A DNA stretch of 64,000 bases from Lama guanicoe (lineage: Eukaryota). Below the pieces are notes generated by a model, which was not told the DNA's origin, searched no databases, and saw only the letters and a program-made list of their open reading frames with translations. The position numbers and the translations under genes were made by a program. Each line of letters opens with the position of its first letter. Within the stretch, counting starts at the first letter, position 1. Below, piece after piece: positions 53,395 to 64,000 of the stretch. Location of the stretch: assembly GCA_013239625.1 (NCBI GenBank), contig MU053810.1, positions 815,320 to 879,319 on the forward strand. Direction: 5' to 3'.

Positions 53395-55517
53395 CAAAAC
53401 TTGCATCTCCTGAACCCACATCTCCCCAAGCCCACATCAGCTCCCCACCCGCATCATTGCCCCAAGACCACATCTCCCTGAGCCCAGATCATGTCCCCAA
53501 GCCCACATCATGTCCTCATGCCCAAGTCATGTCCCCAAGCCCGTGTCATCTCCCTGAGCCCGCATCATGTCCCTAAGTCCATGTCATTTCCACGAGCCCC
53601 ATGTCATATCAGTGAAACCACGTCATTTCCACGAACCAGCATCATCTCCTCGAGCCTGAGTCATCTCCCCAAGCACACAACTCCCTGAACCCACATAATC
53701 TCCTAAAGCCCACATCATCTCCCCAAGCCCACATCTCCCCAAGATCACATCATCTCCCCAAGCCTGCAGCATCTCTTGAAACCCGCATCGACTCCCTGAG
53801 CCCACGACATCTCCCCCAGCACACGTAAAATCCCCGAGCCTGCGTCATGTCCCGGAGGACGCGTCATGTTCGCAAGGCCGCATCATCTCCCCGAGCCCGT
53901 GTGATGTCCCAAAACCTGCATCATCCCCCAAGCCCACATCTCCTCAAGCCCACATCATCTCCCCAAACCCACATTTCCCCAAGCCCACATAATCTCCCCA
54001 AGCTGGCAATATCTCCTCAAACCGACATCTCCCCAAGCCCATATCATGTCCCCAACCTGCATCTCCCCAGGCCGCATCATTTCCCCAAGACCGCATCTTC
54101 TCTGTGAGCCCGCATGATCTCGCCGAGCTCATATCATCTCCCCAAGCCCGCATCTCACCAAGCCCACATCATCTCCTCAAGCCCGCATCTCACCAAGCCC
54201 ACATCATCTCCCCGAGCCTGCATCATGTCCACAAGCGCCAGTCATCTCCACAAGCCCACGTCATTCCACGAGCCTGCGTCATCTCCCCGAACCTGCGTCA
54301 TCTCCCTAAACCTGCGTCATCTCCTCGAGCCTGAGTCATCTCCCTGAGCACACATCTCCCCAAGCCAACATAATCTTGCTGAGTCCACATCATCTCTTGA
54401 AGTCCACATCATCTCCCCAAGCCCATTTCTGCCCAAGCCCACATATCCCCAAGCCTCCATCATCTCCCCAAGCCCACATCATTTCCCGAAGCCCACATCT
54501 GCCCCAGGCCACATCAAGTCCCCAAGCCACGTCATGTCCCCTAGCCCACGTCATCTTCCCGAGCCCGCATCATCTCCCCAAGACCACATCTCCAGAAGCC
54601 CACAACATCTCCCAAGACCTCATCTTCTCCAAAAGCCTGTCATCTCCCCAAACCCGCATCTTCTCCATGAGTCCACGTCTTGTCTGCAAACCCGCGTCAT
54701 CTCCCCAAGCCGCATCATCTCCCCAGGCTGCGTCATCTCCCCAAGACCGCATCTTCTCCGTGAGCCCAAGTTATCTTGCCGATCCTGCATCATTTCCTCG
54801 AGCCCGCATCTCCCCAAGCCCACATTTCCCCAAGACTGCATCATCTCTCGAAAGCCGCATCGTCTCCCCGAGCCCGCAACATCTCCTCCAGTCTGTGTAA
54901 AATCCCTGAGCCTGCGTCATGTCCCCAAGGACACGTCATCTCTGCAAGGCTGCCTCATCTCCCTGAGCCCATGTCATGTCCCAAAACCTGCAACCTCTCC
55001 CCAAGCCCACATCTCCCTGAGCCCGCATCATGTCCCCAAGCCCACATAATAACCCCGAGCCCAAATCTGCCTGAGCCCACATCATCTCCGAAGACCTCAT
55101 CATCTCCAAAAGTACGCATCATCTCCTCAACCCCGCATCTTCTCCACGAGTCTACATCTTGTCCATAAACCCGCATCATCTCCCCGAGCCCGCATCATCT
55201 CCCGGAGCCTGGGTCATCTTCACAAGCCCACATCTCCCCAAGCCCTCATCAACTTCCAGGCCCGCATAATATCCCAAGCCCACATCTCCCCAAGCTCACA
55301 TCATCTCCCTGAGCCCACATCATCACCCCAAGCCCGCATCATCTTCCCAAACTGGTTCATCTCCCCAAGCCCATGTCTCCCCAACTGCACATCATCTCCC
55401 CAACCCACATCATCTCCCAAAGCCCACATCTACACAAGCCCACATCATCTCCCCAAGTCTGCATCAACTCCCCAAGACCATGTCATCTCCCCGAGCCCAT
55501 GTCATCTCCCCAAGCCC
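53395..55517 (+). repeat. Long degenerate tandem array (~2.1 kb, over 100 units) of CATCATCTCCCCAAGCCCA (19 bp) and CATCTCCCCAAGCCCA (16 bp)
   Basis: Seen directly; strongly C-rich and G-poor on +. Unit count estimated from length divided by unit size. Confidence 0.98.
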
Positions 55518-56827
55518 TCCATTAGAAGCATGAGGTATGAATCAGGCATCAGCCACTAGCTGCTGGCCCTCCCACCACGAGTGCAGTCCAGTAAGTGTGA
55601 TGAGGACCGAGGAAGGCTGGGCGTGGAAGGGGTGTAGCAGATGCTTGGCCGTTACCAATTTGTGCAGATTAAGGGACCTGAGGGCTGGAAGACGCCTGCA
55701 GGACATTTTCACCCTGTTCCTGGCTTGGAGCAGGACAGGATCCGCCATCTCCTGACACAGGCTGTGCCCTGGGGTGAGGATGGGGGCAGCTTCAACCCCT
55801 GTGTAATCTCTACCAGTACAGCAATAATCTCTAAAGTACAGCAATAATACATGTTCTCTTGTGTGGGCAGCTGACATCTCTCAGTTTTATGTAGAGCATG
55901 TGAATGAGTGTTTCTAAAAATATATATATATATTTACATTTGTAACAAATAATCTCTGTAAAAACAAGGTGCATTGCCTGAGATGCATGTGCAGCTTTGA
56001 GACAAGTGGTCCAGGCCTGCCCACCCACACCCAGCTTCACCAGGTGGCCACCCCAAATCCCCTCCCAGGGAGGCCCTGGCCGGGAGCTCAGGGACCCGGC
56101 CTCTGTTCTCTAGAGAAAGGGCAGCTCAGGTGGGCAGTGGCTGCTGCTTCCTCTCACTGTGCTGGGAGCTGCCTCTCTGGGTCTCTCCACCCCAGATGTG
56201 CTCAGCCCAGGGCAGCGGTCCGAGGAATGTTCCACGGCTGCCCACCCTTCCGTCTCTCTTTCTGCTGAGTCCACCACATCTCTGAGCTCTCTTTCTCTTC
56301 TGCTCCAACTCTGCTTTTCCCCAACTCCTCACCTCTTGTGTTTCTGCCCTGCCGGCCTTACTCCCTCTCTTTTGGCTCAGGTCTGTTCCTAGCCTCTCTT
56401 TTACCTCCCACTCCGAGTCCCTCCTCCCAACTCCCTGCCTGATTTGATCCAGAGATGACTATTTGGTCAAGATAATGAATGGATCATGAAAAAAAATGAG
56501 CTGTTCATTGGAAACATTCATTTTTCAACTAATTTTCAAAATAAAAACTATAAAAACATTGGGGGGAAAAAAAGCAGAGCAGGTTGAAAACAAATTAGAA
56601 ATGTTTAAAAAGAAAGAGAGGGCCCCAAATAGAAAAATTTCAGAGCTTTCCCTTAATAGTTTGTCTCATAGTTTTGCTTTTTGTTGTTTATGCTTTTTGT
56701 CTTATCACAAAAAATGCCAATGACACAAAATACAGACAAGGAAAAAGAACGTAAAGAACAATTACAAGTCCACCCATTTAGACACAAGCACTGAGAATAT
56801 CTTGGCGTATACACTTCTGGAGTCTTC

Positions 56828-56830
<3 letters not shown>

Positions 56831-56860
<30 letters not shown>
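56831..56860. repeat. (GT)n microsatellite
   Basis: Seen directly. Confidence 0.97.
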
Positions 56861-56861
<1 letters not shown>

Positions 56862-57014
56862 CACACACATTTTACCACATCCCAGAGAAAGTTCCAGAAC
56901 TTCAGTTCCTGGTGCTGTCCAAACAAGGACATTAATGGCAACAGCAAACCTGGTCTAAATTTGAAAAGCATTACTTTTTGTCTTTTCTTCTTGGAGCTTC
57001 CTAATACTCATTAC

Positions 57015-57186
57015 AACGAATATTCATTGTGATCTGCAGCGTAAGTGAGTTGGAAGCTCTGGAGAGATACACAGTTAAGGAATCTGTTCAACTTTGCTGT
57101 TCCCTAAATTTCTTTGACACCAGAGTCCTTGTTTCATCTGGCTGCTATTAATATGTATTTCTGACAAAACATTTCGGCAAATAATG
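57015..57186 (-). mobile_element. MER103C-like hAT fragment
   Basis: 'aagctctggagag...cagttaaggaatctgttcaactttg...ttccctaaattctttgacaccagag' resembles reverse MER103C. Confidence 0.45.
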
Positions 57187-57502
57187 AGAAATGAAAATCT
57201 ATACATCCTAAGATTCAGCTGACAAAAATAGAATCTTATCATACATTCTGTTTTGTCATGCCAGATATGTTTTCAGCTAATCTCTGTAATTGTGCATTTA
57301 GGTTATTTCCAACTTTTTATTACCATTCATAGCATCTTAAATGTTACAGGGCTGGAAGAACGGGCTGAGTGTAAATTTGAAATAAAAAACACAAAAGGAA
57401 GTAACTTCTGAAAAATAGATTAAAATGTTTAAAAACACAGAAAGACCACAAACCCATTCCCTTAGTACAGCAAAATTTTTAATCTAGGTGTGAAAAGGAG
57501 TA

Positions 57503-57870
57503 ATCACTTATTTAACAAATATTTACTGAGTGCTGGTATGTACCAGGCTGCAGGGGAGGTTCTGGGGATGCAGTAAGCCAGACGGACAGATGCTGTCCCG
57601 GGGGGATTACATGCAAGTGGAGGAACAAAAAAAACTGATAAACTGGGGCAGGAGGGGAGTGCGTGACAGCAGGTGAGGAAGGTGGGTGGCTGAGAGGGTA
57701 ACATCCCATCAAAGGCCTTGAGGGAAGTAAGGGAGCCGCCGCCCAAACACCCTGGGGAGGAGTGGTCCAGGCAGGTGCAGGGCACGTGCAGAGGCCCTGA
57801 AGTGCCAGTGAGTCCGGCCCTGCACCTCCAAACACTCGTTAGGCCCGGGGCCCCCAGACCCAGGATGGGG
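57503..57870 (-). mobile_element. L2 3' fragment
   Basis: 'tcacttatttaacaaatatttactgagtgctggtatgtaccaggc' and 'cacgtgcagaggccctga'. Confidence 0.7.
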
Positions 57871-58395
57871 AGGGGCTTGTCTGGGTTTGCTGCTCTCGTG
57901 GCAGTCATGGCTGGAGGAGGGCTGGGCTTGAGTGTCTACTGGGGATAGAATGGGGCACATTTGTGGTGCCCCAAAATGTTAGGGAGTGAAAATAGTTATA
58001 TTTGACCAATTTAATGGTTTTAACCAGATTTCTTTGGCAGTATCAATGTGTTTTCAACTAAACTACCCCCTGCTCCTCTCCAGCCCATCATTTCAGCCTC
58101 CCCCAGGGGCTAAGGAAGCTGTCTCCATGCTGAGTGCCTGCCCTGCAAGCTGCTCTGGGGGGCCCGGGCTCCGGCTACCTCTGTCTGCTCTGGCTGGGCT
58201 GTTCCTGCCCGTTGCGCCAGCGCTGAGCTGGGATCAGGGAAAGAGAAGGGGCTGGTCATGGGAGGAGGGCAGAGCCCACAGGAAATACCTGAGTCTAGGA
58301 GATCTGCCAAGCAAATCCTCCCGAATAGCCATGGCTTTTCTGCAAGGTGTGTGAGAATGACAGACAGGAGGAGGCAGAGGCAGAGCCAGATGTGC

Positions 58396-58903
58396 AGACT
58401 GGATAAAGAAGTTATGGTACATTTACACAATGGAATACTACTCAGCTATGAAAAAGAGTGAAATAATGCCATTTGCAACAACATGGATGGACTTAGAGAC
58501 TGTCATACTAAGTGAAGTAAATCAGACAGAGAAAGACAAATATCATTTAATATCACTTATATGTAGAATCTAAAAATGATACAAAAGAACTTATTTACAA
58601 AACAGAAACAGACTCAGACATAGAAAACAAACTCATGATTACCAGGGGGAGAGGGGTTGGGGAGGGATAAATTGGATGTTTGGAGTTTGTAGATGCTAAC
58701 TACTATATATAAAATAGATAAACAGCAAGGTCCTACTCTACAGCACAGGGAACTATATTCCATACCTTGTAATGGCCTGTAATGAAAAAGAATATGAAAA
58801 GGAATATGTATATATGTATACTCATGTATAACTGAATCACTATGCTGCACACCAGAAATTAACACAACATTGTGAATCAATTATATTTCAAAAAAAAGAA
58901 AAC
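58396..58903 (+). mobile_element. L1 3' end
   Basis: 'actggataaagaag...caatggaatactactcagc...atgccatttgcaacaacatggatggac...aattaacacaacattg' followed by an A tail. Confidence 0.93.
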
Positions 58904-58954
58904 AAATGAGAAATCTAAAGGGCTTAGGGATGGCTCTTAGACAAAGACAAGATA

Positions 58955-59190
58955 ATGAGGTTAAGGAGCCACACTGCCTGGTTTGATATCTTGGTTCTAC
59001 CACTTCAAGGCTGTGTGATGTTGGGCCAGTTGCATCACCTCTCTGAACCTGTTTCCTCCTTTTTAAAATGGACATAATATTAGCTGTGTGTGGTTCAAAT
59101 GAGATGAAGCACATGCAGCACTGAGCTCAGTGACTGGCACGCAGTAAGCACACCGTATGGAGGAACCATCCGCTGGTGATACTATTACTC
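58955..59190 (+). mobile_element. MIR SINE
   Basis: 'ggttaaggagccacactgcctgg...ctctctgaacctgtttcctcctttttaaaatgg...gtgactggcacgcagtaagcac'. Confidence 0.8.
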
Positions 59191-60563
59191 ACTCGTCTCC
59201 CGGTCTGAAAGAGTGATGACTGAACAGATGACCTGTGGCCCAAGGCCCGTCCTCTTGAGGTGTGAGCGCACTGGCCCTGGATGCTCTCCCAACTCCCTTC
59301 TCACTCACACTCCAGATTGGCCCCAACAGGTACACGCTTTAAACACCAGCACCAAATGCGACTTCCAGCACCCTCCAGGCAAGCCACATCGGGTGCCCGC
59401 CCCCTGGGTGCAGGATGCCTAGGTGCACGGGGTGCCAGCCAGCGTTTCCTCCTTAGTCCCTTGGCCCCTGGCCACCCACACACCTGCCCACAGCTGCCCT
59501 GCTCATTGTTCTGCCAGCACTCAACCTGCCAGCCTTAGACGTCCGGGGCGGAGGAGGTCCTGGTAGAATTGAGGACAGGCCTTGTGGTCCCTGGACCTGG
59601 CTGGGCCCTGGCCTGAACAGCCCTCCAGGTCCTGAGGCTGGGATCGCTCATTCTACCCTCTCACCCTTCCTCCCACCCCCAGTCAGTGGGCTCTGCCGCA
59701 GCCCAGGTCCAGCCTTAGGGCCGAGGGGTCTTAGCAGCTCTGGCCTGATGGTTATGCTCATCATGGTCCCCACTGCTGGTCAGCATAGGCCCTGGGACTG
59801 ATAAGGTAGCGTCTGCTTTGCTCTGTATCTGCTTTGTTCAAGGCCTTTTCTTTCTAGTCTTCCTGATACCCTGGTCTTCCCAGGCTCGGATCTCCGTCCT
59901 GCTAGTGTCAGACCTCCTGCTGGGGCTAGGACCCTCCCAAGGCTGCCTGCTGCCCCCTTCATTCTTCTGCCCACCTGTCAGGATATCTGCGACTCCTTCT
60001 CCCATGTCCCCACTTGGGCTTGAAGATTGCACCCCTGCCTGTCAGCCCACCTTCCCTGAGCTCCTGCAGCTGGCGCTAACATTCAGCCTGCTTCCTTTAC
60101 CCACCCCGGGGGTGGCCTCCCCCCGGACCCTAGCCCTGCCCCACTGCCTGGTCCAGAGGATGCTGCCCTGGAATCCAGGCCCTCTGGGACCTGGCAGCGG
60201 CTCCCCCTTTGCACTTCCGGCGGCCTGAAGACTTGGAATTTCCCTAAGCATCAGTGTCCCTACCCGAGTAGGAAAGCTCTGCCCTGTCTGCCTCCAGGAC
60301 GGATGTGAGGGGGGAACGTAAGCCCCAGGACAGGGGACACAGAGACTCTGGTCCTTCTCAGACATTCCCATGAGCCCCACCCTGTGAGTCATCGTCCTAT
60401 TCTCTCCGCACAGGGCAAGGTGGCTGACGTGAACATGCTCATCTTTCAGCCCCTCATCCAAGACATGGGTTCTCCTCCGATAGGTCCCTGCATCACTGGT
60501 CTGGTCAGTCTCCATGCCTTCATCTTCCTCCTTCACTTTCGACAGGTTTAGGTCTCTCCCAGC

Positions 60564-60606
60564 TCCCTGTGGGATCACAGGTCCCTGTGGGATCACAGGT
60601 CCCTGT
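60564..60606. repeat. Perfect 18-bp tandem duplication (tccctgtgggatcacagg x2 plus a partial third unit)
   Basis: Seen directly. Confidence 0.9.
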
Positions 60607-61764
60607 CCCTCTGCTGAAGAACCTGGGCACAAAACCAGCCCAACTCCACCCGTGTTTCCCCCTCTGCGTGTTCCACTGTCTCTTCCAGCCCCTCTGTGGG
60701 TCTCGCTCTCTGTCCCTCCCTCTGTCTCCCTCCTCTCCCTTCTGCCTCTCCTGCATCGCTGTGTTGTCCAGCATCTCCACCATCGGCACTTGCCGAGTTG
60801 AAAGTTCTTCCACTTGTGCAGCGAGCCGCGTGGGCAGGCCGGGTAATGTCTGTTTTACCCTCTCTGTAATGAATCCCATCTTCTCTCCATGGTGATGGTC
60901 ATTGATTCTGCCTTGACACCTTGGTTTGTTTTCTGCCGGCTCCCACCTTCCCTTCATCTTGCTGTGGCCATTTCTCCTCTCTTATCTGTAATTTCCTCTC
61001 TTGTTACAGCTGCCTCCCTCCTGGGCTGGAGCAGCAGCGATGCCAGGGTTTAGTATTAACTTGATGGTTCAGCTCCCTCAGCCCTTCCCGGAAGTGGTGG
61101 GTTTGGGTGGTGGCTGCGAACAAGACAATAATGACAGTGGGGAGAGAAGGAAGCTGGAACCAGGCCCTCCTCATATTGGTTGCTTTAAAGCAGAGCTTGG
61201 ACTGTGGTGGCCTCCTATAGTTCCCCTGAACCCCCAGACAAAGGATTAGATGCTTAGCTGGGGAGTAAAGTCCTTTGCAGCCTCACTCCCATCTGCCTTC
61301 CCAGTGTCATCTCTCAGAACCACAAACTATTCCAGACACATCAGACTGGCTACTTACTGTAGCCTTCTGCATCCCTAGGCCTGTGATCACTGAGGGCAAG
61401 GGGCTCACCCTAGCCAGCAAAGGAGGCAGAATTTGGGGTCCATGAGTCAGCATGGGTATTTTGACCAGACAAGGAGAAGGAGAAGATATATCTCCTCCGC
61501 TCCCAGCCCTGGGGCCCCTGTGGGTGGAGCTCTAGGAGCCTGGGGAGACAGTGGGCGGTGGAATCAGGAACCTTAATGAACCTCCTTGTCCTTGTCAGTG
61601 GCCCAGAAGGTGGATGTTAGGGGACCAGAAAGCTTACGGGATTTGTCTGGCATTGGAAGGACAGGTCCTGGAAGGAAGGAATGATCATTTTCTGAGCCTG
61701 ACCACGGGTCACACACCCTCATCATGCCTTGGGCAGAGTACGATGCAGAGCATTATACTAAAGT

Positions 61765-61895
61765 GATCCCTTTTAGCAGATAAGGAAGCTGAGGCTCAAA
61801 GTGCAAGGTTATTTGCCCCAAGTCCCACAGCGGGGAGGTGACTGTGTTGGGATTCAATCCCAGATCTTTCTGACTCCAAGGTCAGTGCTCTTTCT
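61765..61895 (-). mobile_element. MIR SINE fragment
   Basis: 'cagataaggaagctgaggctcaaa...ttgccccaagtcccacagc...gggattcaatcccagatctttctgactcca'. Confidence 0.8.
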
Positions 61896-61980
61896 GTCCT
61901 CCCCATTCCCTAGGCTTCCAGTCCTGTGAGCTGCCTTCACCCTAGAGCCACCCCTACCCCAAGCATTTTCTCATCCCTGC

Positions 61981-62458
61981 TGTGGTGCTTAGATTCCAAG
62001 ATGGTCCCCATTGATCCTCTTGGAACTAGGCCTTGTGTAGATCCCTCCCACTGGATCAGGGCTGGACCAAGTGACGGATAGAATACAGTGGGAGTGATGA
62101 CATGTGACTTCCAAGACTGGTCATGACAGCACCGCACCTTCCATCTCTTGCATGGCTCACTCCAGAGGGAAAAGCCACTGTATGCATAGGACACTCAAGC
62201 AGCTCCTGCTGAGAGCCCAGAGGAGAGCAATTGGCTTGCCCACCATGTGAGAGGACAGCCTCAGCCCCCACCCAGCCTCTAGACGTCTGCAGCTCCAGCA
62301 GCATCCTGACTGCAGCCTTGTGAGTGGCGCTCAGCCAGAACCACCCAACCAGGCTGCCCCTGAGCACCATACACTATGGGGGATGATTACTGACTCGTGT
62401 TGCTTTAAGTCACTAAGTTTTGGAATGATTTGTTACACAGCAGTAGATAATTGATACA
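61981..62458 (+). mobile_element. MaLR solo LTR (MLT1F-like)
   Basis: Starts tgtggtg...aagatggtcccca and ends 'tttaagtcactaagttttggaatgatttgttacacagcagtagataattgataca'. Confidence 0.85.
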
Positions 62459-64000
62459 TCTGTCTTCAGAACAAAGGTTCCCCAGGCTGCAGGCTGAATA
62501 GCCCTCAGTTTCTTCCAGGGTCCCTTCCCTGGGGTGGGCATGAAGCCAGAGATCCTCTGCCCAGGAATCCCTCTGTCCAGACTCTTTCTTCCTCTTAGAG
62601 AGACAACAGCTCAACCCCTGGTAAGGACTCTGGAAAACACCCCACCCAGGTCTCTGGCTTTGGGGTGAGGCAGGATGAAGGTGAAGTCGTCCCTCAGATC
62701 TCATCAGAAGACGTCTTCCCCTCCCTAAGGAAGATGAATCCCAGCAGCTGAGGAGGACACCAAATGGATACAAATGAGCCAGCGTGCTATCAGATGGATG
62801 CGTCTTCCCAAGATCTACAGCTGATGGCAGGTGGATTCCCGCCCCTGCTGACATCCAGCCTTCAGTCCCTGGACCATCCCACAGAGCTCTGAGTGGCACT
62901 GCCCTCCCCAGAGCTCTGGGGCCATCTGAAAGAGGGTATATGCTCTCTGTTTTGGCCTCTGCTGTTTCCAACTGGAGCCCTAAGGGAGATCTTGGGGGCA
63001 CTGTGTCAGCCAGAATGACATCAGACCCAAAGGTGCAGAAGGGGCTGGTGCTTAGGAGCATCCCCAGGTATGTTTTAAGTTTCCTTAGACCCTGCCAGGC
63101 CGACAAGGCCCCCTCAGTGCCTTGACTCCCTCTTCCTCTCCCGGGGAGGGCAGGTGAAGAGGACTTGTTTTAGGTGGTATGTTGTGTTCTTATTTGCAAG
63201 GCTGCCTTAGAAGGAAACCATCAGACTGGCGTGTTGCCTTCTGATCAGTTTATTACCTTCTTTATCCCGCTGCCTTTGGGTATTGAAGTGTGCATTTGTC
63301 CTGTGAGGGGGTGGGAGCAGGAGAGCACTGGATTCCTTGAGACCCTTCCTCAGCCGGCAAGGGGCACACAGGCTATTTCTGGTTCCCGGGCTTTCCAGAA
63401 CAAGAAGCTGGAAACAAAAATGGTTCCCACCAGCCTCAGAGCCTCCATCTCCCATCGTCTCAGAGCTGAATGAAAGCATGAGGAAGCTTGCCCCACTGCC
63501 CCTTCACACCCGCCCTGGTCTGTCAAGCACCACTACGTACACAGGCGGCTTCCTCGCCCCAGCGCCTCCCGCACGCCTCCCCCTGGCCCCACGCTCAGAG
63601 TCTGTCTCCTTGTTTACCCATCCCTTTACTTCGCTTTCCTGGTCCCTGCGGCACCAGGCAGCATGTTGTTTATCCTCACTCGGGCCTGCCCCCGCGGCTG
63701 TTTCTGGATCATGCCTGCCTCGCTAGCCCTTTGCCTTTCTCAAGAAACACGCCACACTGGCAGGAAGTCCATTTTTTGAGGACATTTTCCATCACGGCGC
63801 CAATGTCTTTGCAAACACGCGGGCTCTGGCCAACTGTCCAAGGAGAGGCAAAGGGAGCTGCCCACCCTGTTTCCTGAGGTGTCTAGGGAAGGGCCCTCAT
63901 CTTCTGCCACTGCTGGAGGTCATTTATGTAAAGTTCTGCCCACTGGCCCACTGGCTAGAGGCCGGAGGGGACGAGGGTGTGGTCCGGCCTTGTGGGCTGA

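Noticed and set aside
53491..55179. Many overlapping Pro/Ser/His-rich ORFs, up to 174 aa
   Set aside because: They are translations of the 19-bp repeat, whose consensus has no stop on +. The unit length is not a multiple of 3 and frames are broken by CpG-decay stops.
53395..55517. CRISPR array or immunoglobulin switch region
   Set aside because: There are no unique spacers or cas genes and the context is mammalian. I found no immunoglobulin constant-region exons, and AGCT motifs are not dense.
60042..63125. Long ORFs of 196 aa and 233 aa in GC-rich DNA
   Set aside because: No recognisable homology. One ends inside an MLT1 LTR and the other includes an 18-bp duplication. Stop codons are rare at this GC level.

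Overview
Mammalian nuclear DNA, probably camelid (inferred from the L1 3'-UTR type and a truncated tRNA-SINE tail at 30.1 kb). I recognise no protein-coding gene, RNA gene or CRISPR array. The ORF track is explained by chance ORFs, decayed L1 fragments and read-through of a tandem repeat. Most of the window is a mosaic of transposon relics (L1, L2, MIR, MaLR/ERVL/ERV1 LTRs, hAT elements), several with readable target-site duplications (TSDs). Family names come from recalled consensus sequences, not from a search, and boundaries without a TSD are approximate. The main unexplained structure is a pair of arrays of one 19/16-bp repeat (CATCATCTCCCCAAGCCCA; inferred ancestral unit CCCGCGTCATCTCCCCGAG) in inverted orientation about 31 kb apart: ~230 bp at 21977-22204 and ~2.1 kb at 53395-55517. 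The short array sits on an abrupt GC-rich to AT-rich junction. Each array is followed on its outward-pointing C-rich strand by a CA|GTAAGTG splice-donor-like site.
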